Shown piece after piece: positions 14,130 through 27,740 of a stretch of 64,000 nt of DNA. The translations under genes were made by a program, and so were the position numbers. The stretch lies in NCBI RefSeq assembly GCF_009914755.1, contig NC_060935.1. One strand, 5' to 3'. Source of the stretch: the human T2T-CHM13v2.0 reference genome, Homo sapiens. Position 1 is the stretch's first letter. The number at the start of each line of letters is the position of its first letter. Under the pieces are notes generated by a model. The model did not search any database. It was given only the letters and a program-made list of their open reading frames with translations, and was not told the origin of the DNA.

Positions 14130-14640
14130 CAGTTTTTCTGAATCACTAGTCTAGTGATCACTCTTCTGCTCAAAAACCTTTAATAGTCCTCCTTTGATTA
14201 CAACATTAAGTAGTGCAAGCCTTTCAAGGGATGCGGTGATAATACTGGCTTAACTTTCACTTATCTTTCTCTGCTCTTTTGCATGTAAACTACATACAAG
14301 ACAAATGGCACATTCACCATCCTTGAGCACACCCACCATTTTCTCTTCTTTGTATCTTTGTGTGCTCAACCTAGATTGCCCCTCTGCCCAATATCACCTC
14401 CTTTATAAAACCTTTTCTGATTTCCCATCCAAAAAGTGATCCCTTACCCTTCTGGGCCACTATCAAATATTTATTCCTACTTCTACTGAGGCATTTACTT
14501 TCAGCTGTAGTATAGAAATATGTAGGATTGGTTTGGCCCCTATTCAGACTACCAGGTCTTGAAGGCAGAAAATGAGTGTGACCCATGTTCATCACTCCTC
14601 AACAACGTGCACATAGTAGCACTCCATGTCTATTTTTTGA
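14130..14640 (+). mobile_element. L2 LINE 3' fragment
   Basis: GATCACTCTTCTGCTCAAAAACCTTTAATAG ... CTTGAAGGCAG ... CACATAGTAGCACTC. Confidence 0.7.
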
Positions 14641-15959
14641 GAAAAGCATTGATTCTGGATGATTTTCCTGGCAACTGAAGAGTTGCAATTACTTGTGCTT
14701 ATTTTCAAACAGCTGGTTAATATTTATGGGTCATTTCCAAGTGAATGTGAGTGGAGAGGGGATAAAAATGTAGGCAGTCTTCCCCAGTTGGGCTGGATCT
14801 TCCAAGAGAATGGTCTATGTCTCTTCCTTTTTCTATGTTTCCCTTCAATACCTAGGGATATAGAGTCACTGGTACTCAAAAATGTTTCATTTATCCATAA
14901 TTTTTTATTCTCAAGCACCAATAAGATGCCACTCTATACTTCAATCATCCGAGAAGGATTTGTTTCACTTTATTACATTGGATAGAGAGACGAACAGATA
15001 GATGTACAGGAAAAAATCATCCCTGTTGTATTTGTAGCTTATGTACTGAGCGGACTTCAGATAGTCCTGCTTTGTAAAGTCTTTAAGCATAAGTCAAAGC
15101 AGAGATCACCTGGAGAAAGCAGAGAGAGGGAATGTCCCAGGTACCTGAGTTGAGCAGATAACATTTGGGCGATGCATTTGGATCTGAGTTAGTGCCAGCT
15201 AAGGCAAATGGAAAGGACATTGGCTTATGCCATTTGTTCTCTGAAAACAGAAAGCACACAAATTCATCAGCCGAGACAGCATTTTCCTTGGAACCAAACT
15301 TAAGCAGAAACTTACTGTGAGAGATAGTGTGGGGTTGCAATTGACAGAATTTATAAAAAGGGCTTTGAGTCATATAGTAGAAAAATACCTTCAACCCCAT
15401 TTTTATAAAGGATACAGAAATGCTGTTCAATTGCCAGGTCTCATATTGATCCTTTGAAAAGGTAGAGGCATTACATTAAATCCTGATTTGGTGAAGGCAT
15501 TTCTTCACAGAAGATGATGCCATTTACCCATCATTAATATGGCATGTTTTCTGAAATGTTTTCTAGTGACAATGATGGATTTAAGTTTATCCAAACCTAT
15601 GCTCTCACCTAGTCCCTCTTGTCGCCAAGGGCAAGCTCCAGCAGAAACCTGTCTGCAAGGAGACACCCCATCAGCTGCCACTGGAACAAAGGGAGGCTCA
15701 CCTGCTGACCTGGGGGATCGAACCTTGCAAACATAGACATCTCATGAATTATATTGGCCACCACAAAATTCAGACCTCCCTCATGGCAATTAAGATTTAT
15801 TTCAGTGATGTTTTCAAGCCTCGTCTCTGATCTTCAGCTTTGATGGAGTCTCTCAGCTGTCCTGGGACTGCCCAATGTGGTCCTTTTGGAAATCAGCTCC
15901 TTTGTTATGTCCCAGCGTAGCCATTTCCTGTCTGCTCAGGACAGAGCCATCTCTCAAGG

Positions 15960-16080
15960 CATCACTACACTGTACACTCCTCCCAGGCAGTCAGGATATC
16001 TGTCTTCTTTATACTCTGGGCCTACTACAAAAGTCTGGCTCACAGCAGGGACCCAGTTAATATTTGCTGAATGAATGAGA
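15960..16080 (+). mobile_element. L2 LINE 3' end
   Basis: CTGGCTCACAGCAGGGACCCAGTTAATATTTGCTGAATGAATGA terminal motif. Confidence 0.75.
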
Positions 16081-16854
16081 TGCGTCTTCTCTGTTCCTCC
16101 AGGAGAAAATGTAAAGACTTTTCGCTAATATTGCACCTCCATAAATTCCTTCTCTCTATTCAAGGCGAAGGATAAGACTACAAATATCTTTTTTTAAAAA
16201 AAAAAATCTAAAGAGATGCAAACAAGAAATATGCAATTTTCAAAATAAGTTTAAAATGACCTAAATATCTTTGTTATTGCATTCTTAAGTCTATAGGGAC
16301 CATGAAGGGTAAGAAACTCAAGTCCTCCCCTAATATTTCTCAACCAGGCCTCCTTCACCCAATTCCAATAACAAAAAATGCAAACACCAACCAATGCTTT
16401 TTCATCTCCCGGCCAGGGTCCCATGCCTCACCAAACCTAATTTTCTATTAGCCCTATTTCTCTCATGTGAGTTGGGAATCACTGTTCTAAAAATCCCAAA
16501 GAACATAGATTTACATCCATTCTGCAAGATATCTGCAGAAACAAAACAAAACAAAAACATGCCAGATCCCTGGGGACAGGGATATACCTGGTACTACAAC
16601 TGTTGAAATAGTTCTTAACACAAAATTGGGAATCTTGGTATTCATCACATAATTATTTGTTACTTGCTTCCCTTTCTTATCTGAAATAAATGTTAGGTAT
16701 GATTTTTTAAATTCCCCCTCCCCCAGCAAAGAAAGAATCAGGAAAGTAACTATGATATAAAGGAAAAAAGGACAAAAGGAAAAATATCCTCTATTTTTAA
16801 CTTGTGAATTTTTTTGGCAGGGACTAGCTCAGGCCTGCCATCTCTATTGATGAC

Positions 16855-17070
16855 GCGTGGTGGCTTTTGGGCTTAGGAATAAGATGGGCCTGGGTTTGAG
16901 CTCAGCACTGCTCTTTACTAAGTGTATGACCTTGGGCAGTTTGCTTAACCTCTTTAAGCATCAGTGAACTTAATCACTGGATGGCAAAAAAACAGCTAAC
17001 ATGTCTAACACAGTGCTGGATCTACAGCAAGCTCTTGATGAATGCCAGCCGCCAGCCTCCTCATCACCAT
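16855..17070 (+). mobile_element. MIR SINE
   Basis: CTGGGTTTGAG...TGTATGACCTTGGGCAGTTTGCTTAACCTCT. Confidence 0.8.
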
Positions 17071-18117
17071 CATCAGTGCCTTTTCCTGCCACCCTCTCAC
17101 AGTGCAGTTGCAGACCAACCTCATTGCCATGGCACAGCCTGTCTGTGAATCCTCAGGACAGTGGGCATTCAGCGAACAACACAAACACACATACCCCCTC
17201 TATCCACTCCTCTGGCTGAAGAAAGGATGCAAGCAGCTGGATACAAATGGCCATTAGTCCTATTCTCCCTACAAATTTAATTTCTCAAGAGAACAGCAGT
17301 TCCCAAAATAACCCATGCAGAGCATTCCCAGACACAGCCTCATGCTACCAGATTTCTACTTCCTTAAGCAGCATGTCATTTCTAGATGTGTCTTCCCTTT
17401 AATCCAGTTTTCCTAAATTTAACAGATTAAGGAAGCATATATATATATATTATATATATATAAAATATATATGAATGAATTGCTTTTATGCATCTATCTA
17501 CTAATGCATGCACACGTCTGTTGCATATTGTATTCGGCAAGCTAGACTAACCTTCCAGTGAACTTAGGGTGGAAAACTTGGTTTGGTTAAAGTAAGAGGG
17601 CCACCTGTCTTCCATAAGAACATCACAACTCTGCACTTTAGAATTCATTCTCTCAACTATTTTTAGACCTATTCATTAGGCAGCTTGGGCTCCTGCCCAT
17701 TACTGCTTCAGCTTTTCCGACCCAGAAGTTCCAAATGCCCAGCAGGAGGGAAATAATGTCTTCTAATTTAGCCTCAAGTGAGGAAGTTATTGATGCAAAT
17801 TTGTAGAATGTTCAAGTTGGACACAACTTCAAATGTTACAGGTAATCCACAACTTTCCCTTAGCAATAAATCGTGTCCACTTGATCCTGACCAACGGGCA
17901 TCCCCACTAATTTGAATTATTTCAGGGAGATAGTTTACTCAGCCTCCTCAAAGCACTTATAAGTTAAGCAACCCTTTTAAGGTGCTCTTTGCTCCTTCCG
18001 CTAAATTATTGGGCAATAAGAGTCAGGACAATATTTTGCATTCCTATGGTGTGTTATGCTCTTCTAAGAGCTTTCCCAGAAATGATTTCATTTGTACTCT
18101 AAAAACAACGCTTTGCA

Positions 18118-18235
18118 GTTCTGGAGGTAGATGGTGATAATGGTTGTACAATGAGAATTTTCTTAATGCCACTGAGCTAAAATGGCAAACTTTATGTTAT
18201 GTTACCACAATAATAAATTTAAAATTAAAAAATGT
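18118..18235 (+). mobile_element. old L1M (L1MB/ME-type) 3' end fragment
   Basis: GTTCTGGAGGTAGATGGTGATAATGGTTGTACAA...CTTAATGCCACTGA...ACCACAATAA. Confidence 0.7.
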
Positions 18236-18939
18236 AAATGTAGATAGGCAATATTCTAAAGGGAAGTGATATTCTCAAGCCAAACAATCCAGCTAGGAGC
18301 AGTCTCCAATTCTCTGTTCAATGCTCTTCCTCTTAAGTGATATGGCCTCTGGATCATGATACAGCCTAGCTCAGGGTACCTGGTTTCAGATGCCATGACT
18401 CAAGTTGGGATCCTAAGGTAGTAGGTTCCTGAGAAAGCTGCTGGACCTGTATGCTAGCTAGTCCTATGCTCCAAAAATGCCATGCAATCAAAGAAAAAAT
18501 AAACCAGTGCCCTTGTGGGACACTGCAACCCTTTTCCTGCTACCACCCAATGGCTTTCCTGTTAACAAGCGTCAGAATATGGAGAAAAGGTTATCTCATA
18601 AGTTTAGTTTTCTCCAAGTAATAATCCGAGTCTACATAGCAGCAATTTCCCCAAGTTTAGAGCAGAAAAGTCACTGAAAAATAAATACCAAGAGGACCAA
18701 AAGTTGGAGTCCAACTTATTTTAAATATTAGACAACTCAATCACACTCTGCTCTTTGTAGGTAAGACAGACGTAGTGTGAGAGTAAAATGAAATAATTCA
18801 TGTGAAATATACAGAGTTCCAAGAAAGTAAGATAAGAATCAAATATCCAATTATTCAGACCACTATAAAGAGATAGAAAATGAATAATTCAAAAGGGCAG
18901 AAAATCCATATGTATTTTCTGTAAAAATAACAAAGCTTT

Positions 18940-19150
18940 GTACAATATTTTACAATTTGCAAAACACTCTTGCATGCATTATCTCATTTGACTTTTCTAA
19001 AAGGCCTGTGAAATGAACTAATATTATTATTATAATTTTCCTTTTATAATGGAGGAAACTGAGGCATTGAGGGTTTGCATTTTTCCTAGAGCTGCAGTCT
19101 GAAAGTGGCAGAGCTGGGTCTCATACCACATCTTCTATTTCTAAATGCTA
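18940..19150 (-). mobile_element. MIR SINE
   Basis: ATTATCTCATTTGA...GAGGAAACTGAGGCA...GTGGCAGAGCTGGG. Confidence 0.8.
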
Positions 19151-19624
19151 TGTTGATATTGATATTATTATTAATAATATTCTTTACATAAGTTGCAAAT
19201 GGGATATTGATGGGATTGGTTTTAATATGACAGAGGTTTGGGAAATTCACTCCAAACAAAACAAAACAAGACAAAAAAGGACTCAAGAATAGCTGAGAAG
19301 ATGTCTAGTTTCTCTGAGGCTGACTCTCCCACTCAAAATCTCACAACTAACTTCCTACTAAAAATAACCATTCTCTTTTAGACTTGTTCTCTTTTAAGCT
19401 TTCAGTGAGTGGGGAAATGGTTGAGTGTAAAATTTTCAAAGGCAACCTCTGGGAAGTCCACTGAAGCTGGAGACAATACTCACAGCAGTGAGTTCTCAGT
19501 GCAGCAGCCAGGCAAATTCTATAATAGAGTTAGTGCTGATTGTCAATCTTGAAAATCAACTGGGCCGCGAGCAAGTCAAACTGCATAGTCTCCATGAAGA
19601 TATAAAAAGATTTCTTAGACAGTG

Positions 19625-20011
19625 TATCTTAGTCCATTTTGTGCTGCTGCAACAGAATATCTGGGGCTGGGTAATTTATAAAGAACAGATATTTATTTCT
19701 AACTATCCTGGAGGCTGGAAGTCCAAGGTTGGGGGCATGCATTTGGTGAGGGTCTTCTGTCTGCATTGTCCCATGCTGGAAGGCATCACAGGGTGGGGGA
19801 TAGTGAAAGCAAGAGTTTCCTGAACCTGATTTTATAAAAAAAAACCCTTCTGGCAATAACAAGCCCACCCAAGATAACAATATGAGTTCATTCATGAAGG
19901 CAGGGCCATCATGACCAAGTCAACTCTTAAAGGTCCTACCTCTCAACATTGTTGCATCGGGGATTTAGTTTCCAAAACATAAACTTTGGGGAAGACATTC
20001 AAGCCATAGCA
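19625..20011 (-). mobile_element. MST (MaLR) solo LTR, MSTD-like
   Basis: TCTTAGTCCATTTTGTGCTGCTG...GGAGGCTGGAAGTCCAAG...ACATTCAAGCCATAGCA; 5-bp TSD CAGTG on both sides. Confidence 0.85.
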
Positions 20012-20674
20012 CAGTGCATTACAAGGATTTTAACAACCTAGATTTCTAGAGAAATCTAGAGAAGCAAGGCAGCTAGCTGTACCATATAGATGATCAGGAT
20101 GATCAGTCTCTCATAATCACACAGTTTCTCACCTTGGATCAGCATCTCTTTGAAAGGACCAAGAAATATTTTCCCATTTATCATAAACATGTACCTTTCC
20201 TGGAGTTATAAAAGTACCCAATCTCCTGGGTCGAACAATATGGCCAGACCAAGACAGAAAGCAGCCAGAACCTAGGATGAGCTGGAAGAGGTTGTCCCCA
20301 CACAGCTCAGGCTTCTGCTCCTTCTTTGACTCATAACTGAAAACTGCTGACTAGACTGACCGTATGGTTTCTGCCCTGCCCGCATCTGCAGAAACTCTAA
20401 GCCATGAAAGCACCTCTAAGCCACTGGACCCAAGTCGCCAAGGCCAAACCAAGGTAGGAGATGTAATGATAAATCAGCCCAAGTGCTGATTTTCTCCTCT
20501 AACTTCTGCCCAAACTGGTCTGGAATATGAATCCAGGAAAATCTTAAATTAGGATTCCTACTGGAAGTCTTCTTAACCATGTTCTTTCTGTGACTATATG
20601 GCAATTGCTGGCTTGCCTTCTTTACCACTACACTCTAGGCTCTATGAGGATAAGAGATGCCAAATTTTTGTGCA

Positions 20675-20900
20675 GTGATTAAAGAGCTCTGGAATTAGAT
20701 TACTTAAGTACAAATCTGGGTCTCTACCACTTACTGTGTGACCTTAGGCAATGTGTAAATCTCACTAAGCCTGTCTTATCATTAGTGACATGGACTTACC
20801 TAACTCAATTATTGTAAGGGTCAAATAAAATAGTATACTTAATATATTGACTGGCACATAACAAAGACTTCATAAAATGTTACTCATTGATCTTACTCAT
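20675..20900 (+). mobile_element. MIR SINE
   Basis: CTCTACCACTTACTGTGTGACCTTAGGCAA core. Confidence 0.8.
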
Positions 20901-21524
20901 TGTCTTATTTACCATTGCATCCCCTTCCTAGTATAGTACTTGGTACACAACAGGCCATTTGATAAATGTTTATGAGTAAACGTCTGTTCAAGACCAACAC
21001 AATCCTATATAAATATATACATACCATACCTTGATTTGTTTGCTTAGTTTAATTTTTTTCTACTTTGAGTTATCAAATATTATTTAAGGAACTCCAGGGT
21101 CTTGGGAAGGGATCAGCTGAGGGAGTAGGCTAAATTGGACAGAATGAACCAAAGGCAGGTTACTCTGTCTCATGGTAACCTCTTAGGAGATTACCCTTTT
21201 ATGGCGACCTCCTTTCCATTTACTGCATTGTTCAGGGTAATTTGATATACAATGTTATCGTACCAATTACATGTTATATCAAAATTGAAAGGAAATTGGC
21301 AAGTTGAATTGGATAAATATGTCCTTTTATTTAATTTCAAATAGGTGGTACATAGAACAGACAAATTCTACTTCCATGAAAACTATTTTATAATTGTGTA
21401 TTCACATTAATGATCTCATGGCTGAATCCATCCAATTCAACAAGTGTATGTTGGCCAAGATCTACTACCTTCCAAGCACTCTCCTAGGTGTTGTGTTAGA
21501 TGTGTACACAAAAGATAAAACTTA

Positions 21525-21970
21525 GTCTGCAAATTACCATAAGTAGTGTTGCTTTGAACCATAGACATTTATTCTCTCACAGTTCTGGAGGCTGGAAGTT
21601 CGAAGCCCAGTTGTTTGCAGAGTTGGCTCCCCCTAGAGGCCCGGAGGGAGAACCTGTGCTCTGCGGCTCTGCTCTGTGCTTCTGGTGGCTTGCAGACACA
21701 TGGCTCCAATCCGGCCTCGGTCTTCACACGACGCCCTCCCTGTATTGGCTGTGTCTTCACATCCTCTCCTCTAAGTGTACCTTTGTGTCCACATTTCCCT
21801 CTTCATGTAAGAAAACTGGCCACTGGATAAGCGTCCTCCCTAATAAGGTATGGTCTCATCTTAACTTGATTACCTCTCCCAAGATTTTATTTCCAAATAA
21901 GGTCACATTCGCAGGCGCGAGGAGTAGAACTTGTACCTATCTTTTTGTGTGACACAATTCAACCTATGCT
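21525..21970 (-). mobile_element. MLT1 (MaLR) solo LTR, MLT1C-like
   Basis: ATTTATTCTCTCACAGTTCTGGAGGCTGGAAGT...TATTTCCAAATAAGGTCACATTC...GACACAATTCAACC. Confidence 0.85.
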
Positions 21971-24900
21971 AGAACTCTTCAGGATGGTGATAATGGGAAA
22001 AGGTGCCCTTTACATAACACCGTGTGCCAGGCATGCCTCCACCTCATGTGTTATCCGTCTAATCCTCATGACAATCCCAAAAAGTAAGCAAATTATCCTC
22101 CTACTCATTCCACAGACAGGGAAGGCTAAAGAGATAAAGCAACTTTCCCAAGGTTACATAGCCAGCCTCTTAACCACTACGCCACACTGCCTCTTAGAGC
22201 TTGTAGAGAAGAGGTCGATTGAGTAGTAACGATAAGAGAAGCATAAACCAAGTATCACGGGAGACCAGAGGAGGCTGATGCAGCTTTAGCTAGGGACATT
22301 AGAATTAGGCTTTTATTTTATTCAATTCAAAGGTAAACAAATATTGCCAGATACCAGAGGCAGTACTAATTTTTGAAGATACACAATTTAAAAAATAAAA
22401 ACAAAGGCACAGGCCCTGCTTTGATGAAGTTTAGTCTAGAGCAGAATAATAAAATACAAACAGATAATATCAATGCAATGTCTTAAAACGTATCATAAAC
22501 ATATGTAGAAATTATGGGAATCATAGCAGGAAAATGGAACTTGACATTTTAGAGTTTCATTATGTCTGTGTATTTTCCACCCTCCAAATTAGATTATAAA
22601 TACCTTGAGATCTTCCGTTTCTTTTGTATTCATTCAAAACAGGCTTTTACAGTTCTCCCTATACATAGGACACTCAGTAAAAGGGATTATTAAGGACGCT
22701 TGCTCAAGCAAGGATGTAAAAATGATAGAGCAAACCTTGTTGTCCCCCAAATCCTTGGCTCCCCTGGCTGGTCACCACCCCCAGGAGAACCTAGGGAGAC
22801 CTGTGGGCGTTGAGCAGAAGCTCACAGTGTCCCCTCTGCCAGAGTTCTCCAGCAAACTCATTTTGACAGGGCGTCTGGGCTGAATCTGGGGGCACATAAA
22901 ATGCCAGGCAGACTGTGTCTTGCGGCCACAGATTTGGAATTGCAGCTCCTTCTCGAATGCCCACACTTCTTTCTCCTGCTTTGCTTTTCCCTGCTGAATG
23001 GGTTACAAGTAGATTTGGGAGTTTTTGTGATCTGTATGTTTAATTTCTGTTGCCATCTGCATTTGGGTCTTCCTTTTCAACAAGGGACACAAATCCAGCC
23101 ACCATCAGAAAAAGGATACCCTCGGATAGAAGACCCAGGGATTCCCTGTCTTCATGCAAATCTGCTGAGCTCTTCCTTCAGCCTCTCTCCTGAACTGTGT
23201 TGTTTCTTTTGCGTGATCTGGCTCTAGCGCTGGGGGAAGCAGAGCTTTGAGGCTTCCCATATTCCTGCCTTGGGCCACTGACAGGGACAACAGCATCTGA
23301 TATGTACCCTTCTACAAAAAATCTTCTGAGCCTTCCTGATCAGATTATGCCCATCCCTGAAGCAGTGATTGTTTCCTGCCTCTGAACCTAATGCTCTTCT
23401 TCTTACAAGCCCTCCAAATCTAGGCCCAATCTGCCACTTAGTTAAAGAGTTTCATACTCAAAACAAAACTTGGCAGAAAGTGCAGTCCAGGCAAGGTAGA
23501 GGCATGACCTCCGCTGGCCACTTATCAAAAAAGAAATTGTTTTCTCCCTTCCCAGCTCTCCCTTCAGTTTGTTTCTATTGCTCCTTTTGTCTGGGTCTTG
23601 CCTTGCTTCCACTTGTGTAATCAGTCGGTCCACTGGGTACGGACTGTGTCTAATTGCATGCTGTTTGCACTGCCTAGCACATTACAGTCCTCAATAAACA
23701 TACTATTATTATGATTATTGTTATGATCTATCATAACAATAATCGCAATTCAGTGCACATTTCTCTAAACTTCGGGCAGCTTGGAGAGTCAAGAACATAC
23801 ACACAGTCCCCTGGATAGCCCTAAGAGCTTTGGATAAGGATCTAAATTTAAGGGGTGCATATCTGAGCTGCACCTCCAAACCTGCAGAGATTGGAGGGTA
23901 ATTATCTTCCATCCTCAGTGGGAACAGACCATGAGACCATTCTCCTTCCATGCAGAAAGGGAGAATAAGAACCAGGCAGAGACCAGAAAAGATAGAGAAA
24001 AGAGAAACTGTGTTAAGCTGTAGTTTTTTTCAGAGACAGCAAAGACCACAGCTAGGGCTGACCCAGTGGCAAAAAGTCTGTTCAAGCAATGATAAGAAAA
24101 ATCATTTACTGGGCACATTAACTTAAGTTGTAGGAGCCGAGCTTTCCCTGGGTTGCCCATTGGATAAATGCTGTCAGGATATGCTGTGAGCTGCTCCAAT
24201 GAGATGTAATAATTGAATTTGTTTTCATTTAATTTGAGGGCCTTTAATTAAAAGCCAGGCCTGTGTGTGCAGAGAGATAAAGCCAGGCACATGGAGACTG
24301 GGGGTAATTTGGGTGCTGAATGCAATAATTGTAAATTCAGAGGTCAGGGGACTGGCACTATCTTTGTGAAATCAGCACAGTGAGCAGGCCATCCGGCTGG
24401 AATGGACTCAGGAGTGGTGGAAACACACGCTTAAGTGATTTTTTGAAACCTTAATCGCAATTACAGAGTAGTGTGGAGGTTAATTTGCAAAGTTCATTAA
24501 TCAGAGAAATAAATACATCAGTGATCACTTGATGGAAGACAACCTGGAAAGTCTGGTTTTCCAGCCACAATTTCCCAAACCTCCTATTCAGTTTTGAAAT
24601 AGTACAGAATCCACACTGTGATTAATCTTGCCAACCTTTATTCGCCTTTGAACTGCTAAGCAGTATATTTCTCCCCTCTAGGTCTGAGGTTAAACCCATC
24701 CACATGACCACTTCAAAATAATCCAAACATGTCTTGGAATGATGGGGCTAAAACTGAGAATAATCCATAGAATAAATTCTGGCATTTCCTATTAGCACTC
24801 AAGGAATCAACAGCTAGAATTAGTATCAGAAGACAGAGTTAGAATTAATGCCCAATATTAATCCCTGGAGTTAGGATTAGAGGGTTAACTAGAGTCTTCA

Positions 24901-25349
24901 ATCTTTAGATATAGTTGTAATTCATGATATAAAGCAATAAAGTAAAGGTTTTGTGCGTACATGTGAATTGCTGCCCTGATAAATGGCATTCCATTAGATG
25001 CACATTTTGTGCTTGAGAGAGCTTCATTATGGAAACTTATCCCGGCATGCAGTGGTGGAGTTTCTAGAAGGCTGCTCCCTTCCAGTCTCCCCAGCAGGGT
25101 GGAGAGATGGGATCCACATCCACTCCACTACCATCAAGCAGAAGAATTCACAGCTGGTGAGCTCCCTGCTGCAAAAGATGGGTTGCCACCCAATGCAAAC
25201 CCACACGTGGGTGGCACCTGTGCCCAGACATGTTTCTGGAAGTCTCCTGCTTTCAGCTTATTTTTCTCTGGGTTATAATTGCTCCCTAGAGAAAGGAGGC
25301 TGACAGGTCAGAGACTGTGGTCAGAGAGGAGGAGAGTGGACTAGGTCAG

Positions 25350-25490
25350 AAAGTATCTGACAGAATTGCCTGATGCATTTTTAAAAATACCCATGCTTTA
25401 TCCTTTCCCCAGACCTCCTGCACCAGGATTCTCAAGGGAGTCAGGTCCCTGGTAATTCTAAATCACCCTCAGCTAAGAACCACTGGACTA
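25350..25490. mobile_element. MER5-type hAT-Charlie fragment
   Basis: TTAAAAATACCCATGC...CCCCAGACC...GGTAATTCTAA...AAGAACCACTG. Confidence 0.6.
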
Positions 25491-25597
25491 GATAAACTCC
25501 AAGCTCTCCCCTACATCTGAAGTCATGTTATTCTGGGCCGCACTTCTGGGAGCTGTACATCCACTGTTTGCTTAGCAATTTGCCGTCCTAGAATGTG

Positions 25598-26452
25598 CAG
25601 TAAGCCCTCTCTTAACATCATCAATAGGTTCTTGAAAGCCGTGACTTTAAGTGAAACGATGTATAACAAAACCAATTTTACCATAGGCTAAATGATATAA
25701 ATAAGAGGTAAATTTCAACCGCATGTTGCTGGTCACAAAAAAAAAATCACCAAACTTCCAAATAAAGATCCAAAACAGTTCTACTATTAAACTTTGAGAT
25801 GCGTGTGAGCATATACATTTAAGAAAGATTAATAAAAACAGTAAGATAATATTTACCCAGTCTTTGGTGAATCAGTGAGTGACAGTGGTCACAATGGTGG
25901 TGAATTAAATCAAGGAATAAACGTTTCTGCAGTGAAAATTGTTAGGGCATCTCCTACTACCACCAAGTTCTAAAACAAACTATTAGAAAGATGGCGGGCT
26001 TGCTGAGCACTTTCATACCTCATGGTTTATTGTCATGCATTTGGATGATTACTTTAGACTTTACAACATTTTATTTGACAGTAATTTGTATACATTCATT
26101 CATTTTCCAACCCAGTTATTCTAGTTCAGGGTCACAGGTGGCTGGAGCATCTCCCAGCAGCTCAGGGCGCCAGGTGGGAGTCAGTCCTGGACACGACACC
26201 ACCCAGAGGCAGGGCTGCTCACACTCACCCCCACACTCACTCAGACTGGGGCCTTGTACACATGCCTATCCACCTAATATGCACAGCTGTAGGATGTGGG
26301 AGGAAACCAAAAGACCCTGAGAAAACCCCACCAACACCAGGAGAATGTGCAAACACCACACAGACAGTGGCCCTTCCAGGAAGCAATCTTTTTCTCATCA
26401 TTGTTATAATGAAAAGACATGGAATGAGACAATGCGATTCAAAGACCTGCTG
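25598..26452 (+). mobile_element. MER6 (TcMar-Tigger) DNA transposon, near full length
   Basis: CAGTAAGCCCTC...ATCAATAGGTTCTTG...ACCAATTTTACCATAGGCTAA; internal GGATGTGGGAGGAAACC...GAAAACCC...GGAGAATGTGCAAAC; ends GACCTGCTG then TA; about 855 bp. Confidence 0.8.
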
Positions 26453-27319
26453 TAATAATAGAGTCTGGGGATTAGACACTTTAGTTCAATCGTCTCTCTT
26501 ACAATTGAATAAGCTCTGTTATATCTCTGCCAGCCATTGTCCATCCTCTGCTGATGCCTTGGTTTTCACTAAACTTAGATGCCAGACTTCCTGGGTGTCT
26601 CTGGACACCTGGAAGACAGAAGCAGTCCCTCGTGCATTCCTGAGCAAAGAACAGGCAGCTGTGAGGGGGACGAGCGTGGGCTGTGGAAGGAAGGAGGTGG
26701 TAACCCTCTAGAGCAGGCATCTCTCCCCAGAGGAACCAACCAACGCGTCATGATACCCACTTCGCAGATGAGGAAACTGGGGCACAGAGAAAGATGACAG
26801 CTTGCCAGAACTCATCTTCAGACAGCGCGACTCCAGAGCCTGAGCTGTGAACTTACGTCACCAAAGTACTGTTCCCAATTCTCACTCCAGGGCTCTCTGG
26901 CAGCTAAGTGGTGAGTTTAGAAAACTTGACAGAGGAAGTAATAATGTGGTTAGAGGAAAATTTAGAAAAAGCTTTAAGGTGAGGTGTAAAAAGGCTAGTA
27001 TTGCCAATGAGAATATTTACTCCATAAATGGAAGCTAAAAGCATCTAGTCTCCCAGTGGGAATTTAAGCATCATCGACAAATGTTCTTTTACACTAGCTC
27101 TAATCACTACCGCTGAGCTCCTGCTCTGTTCCAGATGCCAGGGGTCTTATATACATTTTATCCAGAGAGTTTTCTACCAACCGTAACAGCTGTGACTATT
27201 CCCAATTCATAGCTGATGAAACTGAGATTTGGACCAAAGTCTCATAGATACTAGTAGGTCTGATGTCTCCATAACCTATTCAGAATAAGAAATTTCATTT
27301 CTGGAGTTAACTTCTTAAT

Positions 27320-27740
27320 CAAACAGTAATCAAGTGATAATCACCTCCTAAGCACTATGCACCATGCTAGGTACCACAGAACACAGGTAAAGAAATGAAG
27401 AACATCTTTGTTCTTATGGATCCTGCAGTCCAGTCGGGGAGAGAGACAAACAGAATACTCCATATTGTGTGATGCAGTCTCTTCATAAGGAGAAGCACTG
27501 CTGCTCTGAGAACACACAGGCGGGTCACATAGCTATCTGCAGAGGTGGGTCAGGGAACAAGCAGAGGAAGGACGTGCTAGAAGGTGAAGAAGGCAGTCAG
27601 GAAGAAGCTGATTGACAGGACAACATATGCAAAGCCTGAAGGATCAAATGAGGGCAATTGAGCTCTGAAAGCTGGAGGAGCCTCATGTGACTAGGGCATA
27701 GCTACGGCATATAAGTGAGTGGTGACAGCTGACACTGGAG
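27320..27740 (-). mobile_element. L2 LINE fragment
   Basis: GCAGTCCAGTCGGGGAGAGAGACA...AACATATGCAAAGCCTGAAG antisense L2 pattern. Confidence 0.6.
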
